Shown here: in pieces, positions 48,846-57,560 of the stretch
Numbering within the stretch: position 1 is the stretch's first letter
How the letters are laid out: every line of letters starts with the position of its first letter
From: a virus
Taxonomy: Duplodnaviria; Caudoviricetes
Virus record (IMG/VR): IMGVR_UViG_3300032285_001531
Reading direction: 5' to 3' (one strand)
DNA: 64,000 nucleotides
Made by a program: the position numbers and the translations under genes
Notes under the pieces: model-generated
What the model saw: only the letters and a program-made list of their open reading frames with translations
Told to the model about the DNA's origin: nothing
Database searches by the model: none

Positions 48846-49131
48846 TTTTTTCAACAAATGGGAACACATACTTGAAGATGTAGAGAAAAGTAGAATCCCC
48901 ATTCAATTTCTCAAAAAGTTAATAATCAAATTAAAAGGTAAAAAGCAACATACAATTAATATTATTACTTTACTCAAACAGGGCTTAGATCCTGATCAGA
49001 TTGAGGAAGTTGTTAATAAAAAGCTTTATGAATTAGATGATGATATTACTAACATTGAATTTATATTGAATGTTGAAAGCATAGCAGATGCAGTACAACC
49101 TGAAACAGATAGATTATTAAGTGGATTATGA
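48835..49131 (+). CDS. Hypothetical protein
   Basis: 98 aa; overlaps both neighbours. Confidence 0.65.
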   Translation: MSPDFFNKWEHILEDVEKSRIPIQFLKKLIIKLKGKKQHTINIITLLKQGLDPDQIEEVVNKKLYELDDDITNIEFILNVESIADAVQPETDRLLSGL

Positions 49132-49349
49132 CGGAACAGTGTAAAAATTGCCATACTTGTTTAGAAGGAAAATTAAATGAGTATGGCTTTCCCATTTTAG
49201 CAACAAGAATGATTATATGCCCTACATGCGGTAACAAACGTTGTCCTAAAGCAAGCAATCATTTATTAGAATGCACAAACAGCAACGAACCAAATCAGCG
49301 CGGCAGTGTATACAGAACCCCTTTACCCAAATTTGATGACTTATTATGA
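49128..49349 (+). CDS. Small Cys-rich (zinc-binding) protein
   Basis: CKNCHTC..CPTCGNKRCP..H..C. Confidence 0.6.
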   Translation: MTEQCKNCHTCLEGKLNEYGFPILATRMIICPTCGNKRCPKASNHLLECTNSNEPNQRGSVYRTPLPKFDDLL

Positions 49350-50257
49350 AACAATATCTAGCATTATTACATGACATTTTAGAAACAGGAGAAACAAGAG
49401 ATGACAGAACTGGCATTGGCACTATTAGTGTGTTTGGACGTAGTATTCGCTTTGATTTGCGTAGGAATTTTCCTGCCGTCACAACAAAAAAGTTAGCATG
49501 GAAAGCATGTGTAGGTGAACTACTATGGTTCATTGAAGGCTCAAGTGATGAACGTGCGCTTGCTGAAATTACACATGGTACTAGTGATGGCACTGTAACT
49601 ATATGGACTCCTAATGCACAAGCAAGTTATTGGAAGCCTAAAGCAAAGTTTGACGGTGACTTAGGTCGTGTATATGGTGTGCAATGGAGACATTGGCGTT
49701 CAATTAAAGAACGTGGACCTGGTACCTTTAAGGATGATTTTGGATCATCATATAACCGCACTGGTGATATACAGATTAATGAAGTTGACCAACTAAAAAA
49801 TTTAATCAAGGGTATTAAAGAAGATCCATATAGTCGTAGACATATTTTATCAGCATGGAACGTAGGTGAATTAGACCAAATGGCATTGCCACCTTGTCAT
49901 GTGTTGAGTCAATTCTATGTGAACAAAGACAATGAACTAAGCTGCCATATGTATCAACGCAGTGTCGATGTGTTTTTAGGTTTACCATTCAATATAGCAA
50001 GTTATGCACTACTCACTCATATGATAGCACAAGTATGCAATCTTAAAGTAGGTGAACTTATAATCAGTACAGGTGATACACATATCTATACTAATCATAT
50101 TGCTCAGGTTAAAGAACAACTGTCTAGACAACCATTTCCTTTACCAACATTAAAGTTAAATCCTGAAGTAACAGAGATTGACAAGTTCACTATGTATGAT
50201 ATAGAATTAGTAGACTATCAAAGTCATGGTCCAATAAAGGCACAGATGGCAGTATGA
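49346..50257 (+). CDS. thyA: Thymidylate synthase
   Basis: DRTGIGT, LPPCH (catalytic Cys) and YQRSVDVFLGLPFNIASY (dUMP-specifying Asn). Confidence 0.95.
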   Translation: MKQYLALLHDILETGETRDDRTGIGTISVFGRSIRFDLRRNFPAVTTKKLAWKACVGELLWFIEGSSDERALAEITHGTSDGTVTIWTPNAQASYWKPKAKFDGDLGRVYGVQWRHWRSIKERGPGTFKDDFGSSYNRTGDIQINEVDQLKNLIKGIKEDPYSRRHILSAWNVGELDQMALPPCHVLSQFYVNKDNELSCHMYQRSVDVFLGLPFNIASYALLTHMIAQVCNLKVGELIISTGDTHIYTNHIAQVKEQLSRQPFPLPTLKLNPEVTEIDKFTMYDIELVDYQSHGPIKAQMAV

Positions 50258-50484
50258 TATTACATACATTCAATATGGGAGATGTAGAAGATCCGTATTT
50301 GTACGCAGCATTTCCTATTAGTGAATGGCAAGATACCGAACATGGTAAGTGGGTAATGGAAAACGTAACAGAACCGCCGGTCTTCACTATTGATGTAGAT
50401 CCACTACAATATGGTTATCGTGTGATTATTACTGGAAATCTTAAACCACAAGCAGCGACCTTCTTTAAACTCAAATATCAATGA
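50254..50484 (+). CDS. Hypothetical protein
   Basis: 76 aa; ATGA-coupled on both sides. Confidence 0.6.
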   Translation: MILHTFNMGDVEDPYLYAAFPISEWQDTEHGKWVMENVTEPPVFTIDVDPLQYGYRVIITGNLKPQAATFFKLKYQ

Positions 50485-51449
50485 AAATAATTGTAACAGG
50501 TGGTATGGGCCTAATAGGTCATAACATCGTAGCAAAACTACAGAATGAACACGAAATTGCTATTATAGACAATCATACTAATTACGGATTCATCCCTACA
50601 AAAGAAATTGATTATCTTGTAGGTGAACGTAGAAAAAAGATAACAAAGTATATTAATTACCCTATTGATATTGTACAAGGTGAAAATATCAACGTGGTAT
50701 TTAATAGATTTAAACCTGACTTAGTGATTCATTGTGCTAGTTTCCCTAGACAAAAAGCAGTAGAAGCGAATCCTGCAACAGGGGCAAGAGTAATGTGTGA
50801 AGGGCTTACTAATCTATTAGAAGCCTCAACAAAGAATAATGTCAAACGTTTCCTATATATCAGTTCAAGTATGGTCTACGGTGACTTTGAGACTGACGTA
50901 ACAGAAGATACAGAGTGTAATCCTATAGGTCAGTATGGTATTTTTAAATATATGGGAGAGAAGCTTGTACAAGATTATAATCGCAGGACTGGTATTGAAT
51001 ATGTTATTATTCGCCCTAGTGCTGTATACGGCGAACTTGATGTGGAAGATCGTGTAGTAAGTAAGTTTGTATTAAATGCTATCAGAGGTAAGACTTTAAA
51101 AGTAAACGGGCCTGATGAAGTGTTGGACTTTACTTATGTAGATGATGCTAGTGAGGGAATAGTACAAGCAGCATTGAGTTCTAATACTGCTAACCAAATC
51201 TATAACATTACTAGAAGTGATGATAGACTTTGGACATTGCAAGATGCGGCTAAACTTGCAATTGAAATTGCAGGTACAGGTGACTTAACAGTAGGTCCTA
51301 GAGATTTAAGCTTTCCTAAACGAGGCAGACTAAGTATAGATAAAGCAATTAGAGATTTTGGCTACAGTCCTAAAGTAAACGTAGAAGACGGCTTCCGTAA
51401 ATACTATGACTGGCTTAAAAATAGTAGTTATTATATAGGGAATAAATAA
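50481..51449 (+). CDS. NAD-dependent nucleotide-sugar epimerase/dehydratase
   Basis: VTGGMGLIG, YISSSMVYG, YGIFK (YxxxK) and DFTYVDD. Confidence 0.9.
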   Translation: MKIIVTGGMGLIGHNIVAKLQNEHEIAIIDNHTNYGFIPTKEIDYLVGERRKKITKYINYPIDIVQGENINVVFNRFKPDLVIHCASFPRQKAVEANPATGARVMCEGLTNLLEASTKNNVKRFLYISSSMVYGDFETDVTEDTECNPIGQYGIFKYMGEKLVQDYNRRTGIEYVIIRPSAVYGELDVEDRVVSKFVLNAIRGKTLKVNGPDEVLDFTYVDDASEGIVQAALSSNTANQIYNITRSDDRLWTLQDAAKLAIEIAGTGDLTVGPRDLSFPKRGRLSIDKAIRDFGYSPKVNVEDGFRKYYDWLKNSSYYIGNK

Positions 51450-51453
51450 TTTT

Positions 51454-51924
51454 ATGTGGATACTTCAATTTTTACCCGACTGGGTTTTTCATGCAATATG
51501 TCTAGCAGGATTCGCTGGACTAATTATAGCATTCTTTTTAGGATTTGTACCTTTCGTAGGTAGATACAGTTTACCGATTAAAATAGTTTCATTGCTATTA
51601 TTAGTATTTGGATTGTTTATAGAAGGTGCTAACTTCAACAACAATATTTGGCTAGAAAGAGTTAAAGAACTAGAAGCCAAAGTAGCTGAATCTGAGAAAA
51701 AGATTGCTACTACTAATACCAAAATTAAGAAAGTTTATGTAACTAAAGTCAAAGTTATTAAACAGGACAGAATAGTTATACAAGAAAAGATTGTCAAAGA
51801 GGCTGCAAATATGGATAAAGATTGTAAAGTTTCACCTTCAGCAATCAGTATTTTAAATGAAGCAGCAAAGCCAATTAAAGCTACCGTTGAAGTTGGTCCA
51901 TTAAAGAAGGATGAAAAACAATGA
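51454..51924 (+). CDS. Inner-membrane spanin (Rz-like)
   Basis: Hydrophobic N-terminus, coiled-coil and C-terminal Cys; directly followed by a lipoprotein; TAAATA at 51443-51448, 5 nt upstream. Confidence 0.65.
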   Translation: MWILQFLPDWVFHAICLAGFAGLIIAFFLGFVPFVGRYSLPIKIVSLLLLVFGLFIEGANFNNNIWLERVKELEAKVAESEKKIATTNTKIKKVYVTKVKVIKQDRIVIQEKIVKEAANMDKDCKVSPSAISILNEAAKPIKATVEVGPLKKDEKQ

Positions 51925-52184
51925 AAAAATTATTAATCCTCACTTTATTATTAACTGGCTGTTCAACTACTGTTCCAGTTAAACGTACATTTCCTGCAGT
52001 ACCAGCAGAACTAACAGCAAAATGTCCTGATCTTAAGCAATTACCTACTGACACTGAAAAGTTAAGTGATTTAGTTAGTAATGTAGCAGAGAACTATTCT
52101 ACATATAAAGAATGTCAACTTACTGTTGAACTTTGGAATGAATGGTATACTGAACAGAAAAAGAATTTTGATTCAGTAAAATAA
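51921..52184 (+). CDS. Outer-membrane spanin lipoprotein (Rz1-like)
   Basis: Lipobox LTGC; Pro-rich (FPAVPAELTAKCPDL); ATGA overlap with the i-spanin. Confidence 0.7.
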   Translation: MKKLLILTLLLTGCSTTVPVKRTFPAVPAELTAKCPDLKQLPTDTEKLSDLVSNVAENYSTYKECQLTVELWNEWYTEQKKNFDSVK

Positions 52185-52211
52185 AAAAAGCCCCGATTAA
52201 GGGGCTTTTTT
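52184..52211. terminator. Bidirectional terminator
   Basis: AAAAAAGCCCC-GATTAA-GGGGCTTTTTT between convergent genes. Confidence 0.85.
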
Positions 52212-52212
52212 A

Positions 52213-53070
52213 TTAATCGTCTGAACTAGCACCGCACTTAGCACGTTTTGCCTTAGTCAATGCACCATAGTCTACAGTCCATTCTTTACCTGGGGCTAAT
52301 TCTTTTGCTCCGGTCGGGAAGCCAAAGTTAACACCTGCTGCTTGTTGTATCTGCGCAATACTCATGCGAAATTTAGTTAAATCATTTCCTAAGTTAGGAT
52401 AAGGTTTAATATGAGGGAAGCCCCAACCAGCAACTTCTTTAGTAGCATTATTAATTACAATCTTATAGAAGCCATGAGGAACAATTACCCCACTACCGAT
52501 CTTTGGATCCTGAGCATTGTAAATCCCACCAACATAGATTGTGTAACTCTGATTGCTCTGAACAGCCCAACCACGTACTGAGGTCTCTAGTAACTTCCAT
52601 ATACCACGATTTAATGATCCTGCTTGTGGACTCATATTGGTCATCAAAAAACTTTCAAACTCTACTTGTACGTCCCAACTTAGATCACCGTCTGGACTCA
52701 TGTGTCCTTTGTCGTATCCTGTACCAGCATAATCACCCGGGGTTGCACCACCAGGTACACTTTGGTCTGCTGCAAATGCATTTGTACGTGCTACACATCC
52801 TAAAGCATTTTGTGGCTGTAATGTGTATGTTACATACTTTGGAAGCTTAGCTGCTGCGTCATATCCTACTAGATATGCTTGACGGCAGATAGGACTAACC
52901 CCTGCTGTCTGCGGAAATCCATATGGACTGTGAACTGCGCAAGTCTTTGGATCCTGCGGTGGACGTTGGTTCCAAGCAAAAGCCATGTTTACTAACGGGA
53001 AGTATAGTAAAAAAGCAAATGCTAGTGCTATAATAATATAATACTTTTGTTCCGAAATATGTTTTTTCAT
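52213..53070 (-). CDS. Exported DNA/RNA non-specific endonuclease (NucA/Serratia type)
   Basis: YDKGHM..NM.PQ...LNRG.W..LE betabetaalpha-metal motif; N-terminal hydrophobic signal ending AFA. Confidence 0.85.
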   Translation of the reverse strand: MKKHISEQKYYIIIALAFAFLLYFPLVNMAFAWNQRPPQDPKTCAVHSPYGFPQTAGVSPICRQAYLVGYDAAAKLPKYVTYTLQPQNALGCVARTNAFAADQSVPGGATPGDYAGTGYDKGHMSPDGDLSWDVQVEFESFLMTNMSPQAGSLNRGIWKLLETSVRGWAVQSNQSYTIYVGGIYNAQDPKIGSGVIVPHGFYKIVINNATKEVAGWGFPHIKPYPNLGNDLTKFRMSIAQIQQAAGVNFGFPTGAKELAPGKEWTVDYGALTKAKRAKCGASSDD

Positions 53071-53074
53071 TTTA

Positions 53075-53947
53075 TCACTTTCTAATTAATTTTTTAATTC
53101 TATCTAATTCTTTATCTTCCTCTGTTACATTATCACCTGTATCATCTCTAGTATCTACGGAAGCAGGTGCACCTGTATAAACCTTTAGTGGTGCTGCTGG
53201 TGCTGCAGGCGTCTCTGGTGCTGCTGCTTGCTGCGGACTGCCACCAATAGGTGCCGGTGTATATTCAACTGGCTTTAGTGTTCCTTGAACAGCTTGTGCC
53301 TTCATTGGATCTAACTCTGCAGTATTTGCTTTTGTAAGTCCAGAATGTTGAATATAAGGACTATCATCACCCTGCAAAGCCATCATTTTTTCTGCTTGTC
53401 CAGGATCGTCTAGTACTGCTTGTGCCCTATTACTAGCTCTATTAATAGCCCCTTTAAAACTATCTGCACTCATTTTGCCGGCTTCAACATCCGCTGCCAT
53501 TTGTTGAGTTGCAAGATCAGCATTGGGATTACCTTTTGCTGCCGTTACCCCTGCATTGAAGTCTTTATTAAATTTTGGATCGTTGACCATTTTATTCATT
53601 GGTTCAACCATATCCTTGGCGACACTTGCGCCGGCTACGGCGGTTGCTCGATTTGGATCTCTAGATTTCATATATTCTAAACCAGCTCGTCCACCGGCTT
53701 TGACTGCTGTTCCAGCAAGTCCAACTTTATCACCAAATGACATACCAGCTGCATTAGCTATATCGTTTGCGGCTTTAGCTGCATTTACTGCACCCCCAAC
53801 ATTGTCACCTGCAGCAAATTTGTCACTGGATTTATTAATGTTAGTTTCTGAACTATTATATGCATCAATCTGCTTTTGTGTTGGTTGTGCAGGGGTAGCT
53901 TCACTGATGATATCTAAGTATTTTCTAAAAAATTTGGGGTCTGACAT
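53075..53947 (-). CDS. Ala-rich protein, possibly an internal head protein
   Basis: N-terminal KFFRKYLDIISEA and C-terminal ELDRIKKL; late promoter on the minus strand at 53972-53977. Confidence 0.5.
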   Translation of the reverse strand: MSDPKFFRKYLDIISEATPAQPTQKQIDAYNSSETNINKSSDKFAAGDNVGGAVNAAKAANDIANAAGMSFGDKVGLAGTAVKAGGRAGLEYMKSRDPNRATAVAGASVAKDMVEPMNKMVNDPKFNKDFNAGVTAAKGNPNADLATQQMAADVEAGKMSADSFKGAINRASNRAQAVLDDPGQAEKMMALQGDDSPYIQHSGLTKANTAELDPMKAQAVQGTLKPVEYTPAPIGGSPQQAAAPETPAAPAAPLKVYTGAPASVDTRDDTGDNVTEEDKELDRIKKLIRK

Positions 53948-53971
53948 GGGAATTTCCTTAATATATGAATA

Positions 53972-54010
53972 TATTTATCTAGGGTATTTTGATTGGGTAG
54001 GCGATAAATA
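53972..54010. promoter_or_regulatory. Divergent pair of late promoters
   Basis: gaTAAATA on the minus strand (53972-53977) and on the plus strand (54005-54010) between divergent genes. Confidence 0.6.
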
Positions 54011-54032
54011 CTATATAAACAGGGTTTAAACT

Positions 54033-54788
54033 ATGAATTACGAAATTATTAATGTTGGTACGCTACCCAATGATGGATCCGGCGATCCAATGCGCACAGC
54101 ATTCATTAAGATTAACAACAATTTTGCAGTAGCGACTAACTACGAACCAGCAGGAAATACAGGTGGCATACAATATAAGAAGGTAGTCGGGAACGTAGAT
54201 TCTTTTGCATCTAGTGCTAATTTTGTATATGATGATGCACACTCAAATTTAGTATTAGGCGCAAATATCATTCCATTGACTGACAATCAAATCAGCATTG
54301 GAACTTCAGATTTAACAGTAGGTAATTTATACTTAGGCCAACAAGCGTTAAATATCGGAAACATCAATGTAACTGAATCAGGTAATCTATTATCATTCAA
54401 TGTTGCTGTTTTCCCATCACAAAAAGCAGATATTCAAGTAAGCAATATTACTTACGGAAACACTGCATTTTTAAGTACATTAACAGTACAAACAAGCACA
54501 ACTAACCCAGTATCAGTTTATGAAATTCCAGTGGGTGACTTTGACAATGGTAAGTTTGAGATTGTATCCAGAGAAAATTCTAGTAACAATAGCCAAAGCA
54601 TAACTATTGTTGCAAGCAAAACAAACGATTCAACAGATATAAGCTATACGGCATTCAATACAATTTTTACAGGTAATGTAGTTACTAATTATAGTGTAGA
54701 TGTAGCATTTAGTAATGTAAGAGTTATCGTTGTACCTTATGTTAGTTCATTAGTTACACATAAAGTCACATATCAGATTAATACATGA
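54033..54788 (+). CDS. Virion structural protein with a T4 gp9/gp10-like N-terminus
   Basis: INVGTLPNDGSGDPMRTAFIKINNNF; C-terminal beta domain. Confidence 0.65.
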   Translation: MNYEIINVGTLPNDGSGDPMRTAFIKINNNFAVATNYEPAGNTGGIQYKKVVGNVDSFASSANFVYDDAHSNLVLGANIIPLTDNQISIGTSDLTVGNLYLGQQALNIGNINVTESGNLLSFNVAVFPSQKADIQVSNITYGNTAFLSTLTVQTSTTNPVSVYEIPVGDFDNGKFEIVSRENSSNNSQSITIVASKTNDSTDISYTAFNTIFTGNVVTNYSVDVAFSNVRVIVVPYVSSLVTHKVTYQINT

Positions 54789-55162
54789 GAGCAAATGAAT
54801 TTATAAATGAAGGTAGAACAGGATCACTTCAACCAGATGTTGCTGATGCACTACCTGCAACATATGCAATTCCTGAATTAAAGAATCAGGATCCATACCT
54901 ACAATATAGATTTGGTGTAGCAATTGCAGGAGCTAAAGGCGCAAAGAAACGAGCAGAAGATAATGTACCTCAGTTCGTAGCACAAAGTGCATGGGGAGAA
55001 AATGAAATTGTAGTTAGCTATGGCATAGATTTAGATAATATCATAGATGATGCATTAAAGCAAATGGGCATGAGTGGTAAAAAACGTTTAAGCACAGTTG
55101 ATAGTGAAGAAACTAGTGATGTAGGAAAGAACAGTCCAATCAAAGGATTTAAAGGGTATTAA
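54785..55162 (+). CDS. Small protein (MRANEFINE...), paralogue of the next gene
   Basis: Shares the N-terminal MRAxEFIxE and C-terminal SP[I/V]KxFKGY with 55164-55535. Confidence 0.65.
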   Translation: MRANEFINEGRTGSLQPDVADALPATYAIPELKNQDPYLQYRFGVAIAGAKGAKKRAEDNVPQFVAQSAWGENEIVVSYGIDLDNIIDDALKQMGMSGKKRLSTVDSEETSDVGKNSPIKGFKGY

Positions 55163-55163
55163 A

Positions 55164-55535
55164 ATGAGAGCAAAAGAATTTATAACTGAAGCTGAAGGCA
55201 CTATGCATAAAGATGCAGCAGCAGTGACACCTGGTATTCATAAAGTACGTGATGTAGGTGGATATGATCGTATCTATCATATGAATCGTTTATGGATGGC
55301 TATGGCTTGTGCTGACGGTAAGAGCCAAGATGCAGTAGAAATGGATCATGCTAGTTTTGTAGAGAAATATAATACAGTTCATCCATATACTGAAGAAGAA
55401 TACAACATGATGATTCAAGCTACAAAAACAATACCGACCGATCATAAAGATGTGGTTCCATATAGCAAGAGTCAAGAGCCAGAGGGCATTAACAAATCTA
55501 GCCCAGTCAAACCGTTTAAGGGTTATGGAAAATAA
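55164..55535 (+). CDS. Small protein (MRAKEFITE...), paralogue of the previous gene
   Basis: Same N- and C-terminal motifs as 54785-55162. Confidence 0.65.
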   Translation: MRAKEFITEAEGTMHKDAAAVTPGIHKVRDVGGYDRIYHMNRLWMAMACADGKSQDAVEMDHASFVEKYNTVHPYTEEEYNMMIQATKTIPTDHKDVVPYSKSQEPEGINKSSPVKPFKGYGK

Positions 55536-55586
55536 ATAAAATCGTTTGTCCTAGAATAAGTAGATTTATACTATTTTAGGACTACA

Positions 55587-56279
55587 ATGATTGATATTAA
55601 TAACACCCTCGATTTAATCAAATTAAAATTTTACAACGAATGGCTCTATGCTTCACATATCTATGCTGAAGGTGATAGTGGCTTCCACAAAGAACTAACA
55701 ACTAAAGTAGTTAAAGACTACGTTGATCCATTAAATCTACCCAAAGATGCAGTTATCTTAGACTTAGGATGTGGCCCTGGATATTTCTTAGATGAGATGA
55801 AAGCACGTGAGTATACTAATATTACTGGTGTTACTCTTAGCCCAGAAGATATTCAATTGTGTGAATCAAAAGGGCATACTGTCAAAGCATATGACTTAAG
55901 CTTTCTACCACAAAAAGACGGATACTATGATGAAAGTGTAGATTTCATATTCTTACGTCATGCATTGGAACATAGCCCCTATCCAATCTTTAGTTTAATG
56001 GAATACAACAGAGTACTAAAGCAAAACAGACAGATTTATATTGAAGTTCCTGCCCCAGATTGCGATAGAAAGCACGAAGATAATCCTAATCACTACAGTA
56101 TTTTAGGTTCTAACCAACTAGCAGCACTATTAGTCAGAACCGGATTCGATGTTAATAAATTTGAAAATATTGAATTTGATCTACAAATGGGTGCTGATGA
56201 AGAAGGTAATCCTATAACAGTGCATGAGAAGTTTTACGCAATTGTCGCCACTAAACGTAGACCGTTAGACGTTAAGTAA
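55587..56279 (+). CDS. Class I SAM-dependent methyltransferase
   Basis: ILDLGCGPG motif I; VDFIFLRHALEH. Confidence 0.85.
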   Translation: MIDINNTLDLIKLKFYNEWLYASHIYAEGDSGFHKELTTKVVKDYVDPLNLPKDAVILDLGCGPGYFLDEMKAREYTNITGVTLSPEDIQLCESKGHTVKAYDLSFLPQKDGYYDESVDFIFLRHALEHSPYPIFSLMEYNRVLKQNRQIYIEVPAPDCDRKHEDNPNHYSILGSNQLAALLVRTGFDVNKFENIEFDLQMGADEEGNPITVHEKFYAIVATKRRPLDVK

Positions 56280-56295
56280 TTCTAATAAATACATC

Positions 56296-56574
56296 ATGAC
56301 CTTTGATGTATGGAAACAAGCAAATCTAATGAACGGTTTTGATAAAGTCAAAACCGCTTCCTTACCGGATAATGCTATAGAATCTATAGCTGATATGAAA
56401 AGACTTGCAGGAATCCCTAATGAATCAGTCTGCATGGGAATGAATATGAGCATTACAGGGACGGAAAAAGGGGAATTAATGAAGAAACATAACATTCAGT
56501 CCGGTACCCCTGAATGGTTCCAATTGTGGTTCAGTTTGCCATACATGACTGGTGAGAAACCTTACCAAGACTAA
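56296..56574 (+). CDS. Hypothetical protein
   Basis: 92 aa; TAAATA at 56286-56291, 4 nt before the ATG; contains MKRLAGI. Confidence 0.65.
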   Translation: MTFDVWKQANLMNGFDKVKTASLPDNAIESIADMKRLAGIPNESVCMGMNMSITGTEKGELMKKHNIQSGTPEWFQLWFSLPYMTGEKPYQD

Positions 56575-56597
56575 ATACATATTAAGAGGAAAATATT

Positions 56598-56882
56598 ATG
56601 GATAAAGTAATTACAGCATATGAAGCTAATGTAGCCAGTTTTCAAACGCTGGTTACCACTTCAGCCAACACAAGTACCGCAATTAATGGAACTAGAATTC
56701 TTATTACTGCAGGGGCACAAGCACAATTTGTAGAATTTGGAGCTGCTCCGACTGCTACTACTGCTAGTTTTATAATTCCAGCAAATCAAGCATTACAATT
56801 TAATTTTGTAAGCGGACAGAAAGTTTCTGCTTTAAGTCACACTGGTACTGGCTATGTTACTATTGTAAATATGGGATCATAA
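56598..56882 (+). CDS. Small beta-strand protein, paralogue A
   Basis: TAINGTRILIT..FVEFGAAPTAT..IPAN..FNFVSGQKV; late promoter at 56572-56577. Confidence 0.65.
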   Translation: MDKVITAYEANVASFQTLVTTSANTSTAINGTRILITAGAQAQFVEFGAAPTATTASFIIPANQALQFNFVSGQKVSALSHTGTGYVTIVNMGS

Positions 56883-56883
56883 G

Positions 56884-57183
56884 ATGAGTGTAGATAAACG
56901 AATTACGTTATACGATAACAACGGTGACCCTAGATGGCAGACGATTGACACTACTACTAGCAGTCAGCAAAGCACAGCAATTACTGCAAATAGAATATTA
57001 ATTACAAGTGCAGTACAAACTCATTTCGTAGCATTCGGTGCTAATCCTAGTGCAGCTACAACAGCTAACACAGTTTGCATTCCAGTAGGAGAAATGATGT
57101 TTTTTGATTTTGTTCCTGGGAATAAAGTCGCAGTAAAAACACTAACTAGTACCGGACATATTAGTATTTCGGTAATAGATTAA
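56884..57183 (+). CDS. Small beta-strand protein, paralogue B
   Basis: TAITANRILIT..FVAFGANPSAA..IPVG..FDFVPGNKV. Confidence 0.65.
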   Translation: MSVDKRITLYDNNGDPRWQTIDTTTSSQQSTAITANRILITSAVQTHFVAFGANPSAATTANTVCIPVGEMMFFDFVPGNKVAVKTLTSTGHISISVID

Positions 57184-57194
57184 AAGGATAAATT

Positions 57195-57554
57195 ATGAAT
57201 ATAAGCGAATTATTAAGAGGTCTAGCAGATGCTCTTTCAAGTATTGAGGGCAAAAACGTTGCTCCTCCTATGTCAGACAATGGTATTCAAAATACTACTG
57301 ACCACATCGACTCGATTAAGACTCAAAACAATGACAATGCTGCCAAAGCTGAACAAGCTAAAGATGAACTGGGCGATTTTCTACCTCCACTACAAGCTAA
57401 ACTAGAATTATTAAAACGTGCAGTAGACGTAGACAATGTTTATAATGACAAAGATGCTGAACGCGGTGACGATTTAGTACAAATAAAAAGATTATCTGGC
57501 ATCAATCCCGTAGCAATAGCTGAACTAGGTGATGACGAGCCACTAGAAGGGTAA
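57195..57554 (+). CDS. Acidic hypothetical protein
   Basis: 119 aa; AAGGA RBS; contains IKRLSGI. Confidence 0.65.
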   Translation: MNISELLRGLADALSSIEGKNVAPPMSDNGIQNTTDHIDSIKTQNNDNAAKAEQAKDELGDFLPPLQAKLELLKRAVDVDNVYNDKDAERGDDLVQIKRLSGINPVAIAELGDDEPLEG

Positions 57555-57560
57555 GTCAAC

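Noticed and set aside
49346-50257. dCMP/dUMP hydroxymethylase (hypermodified DNA)
   Set aside because: Canonical ThyA motifs, including the dUMP-specifying Asn in LGLPFNIASY, are intact, and no neighbouring base-modification genes were recognised.
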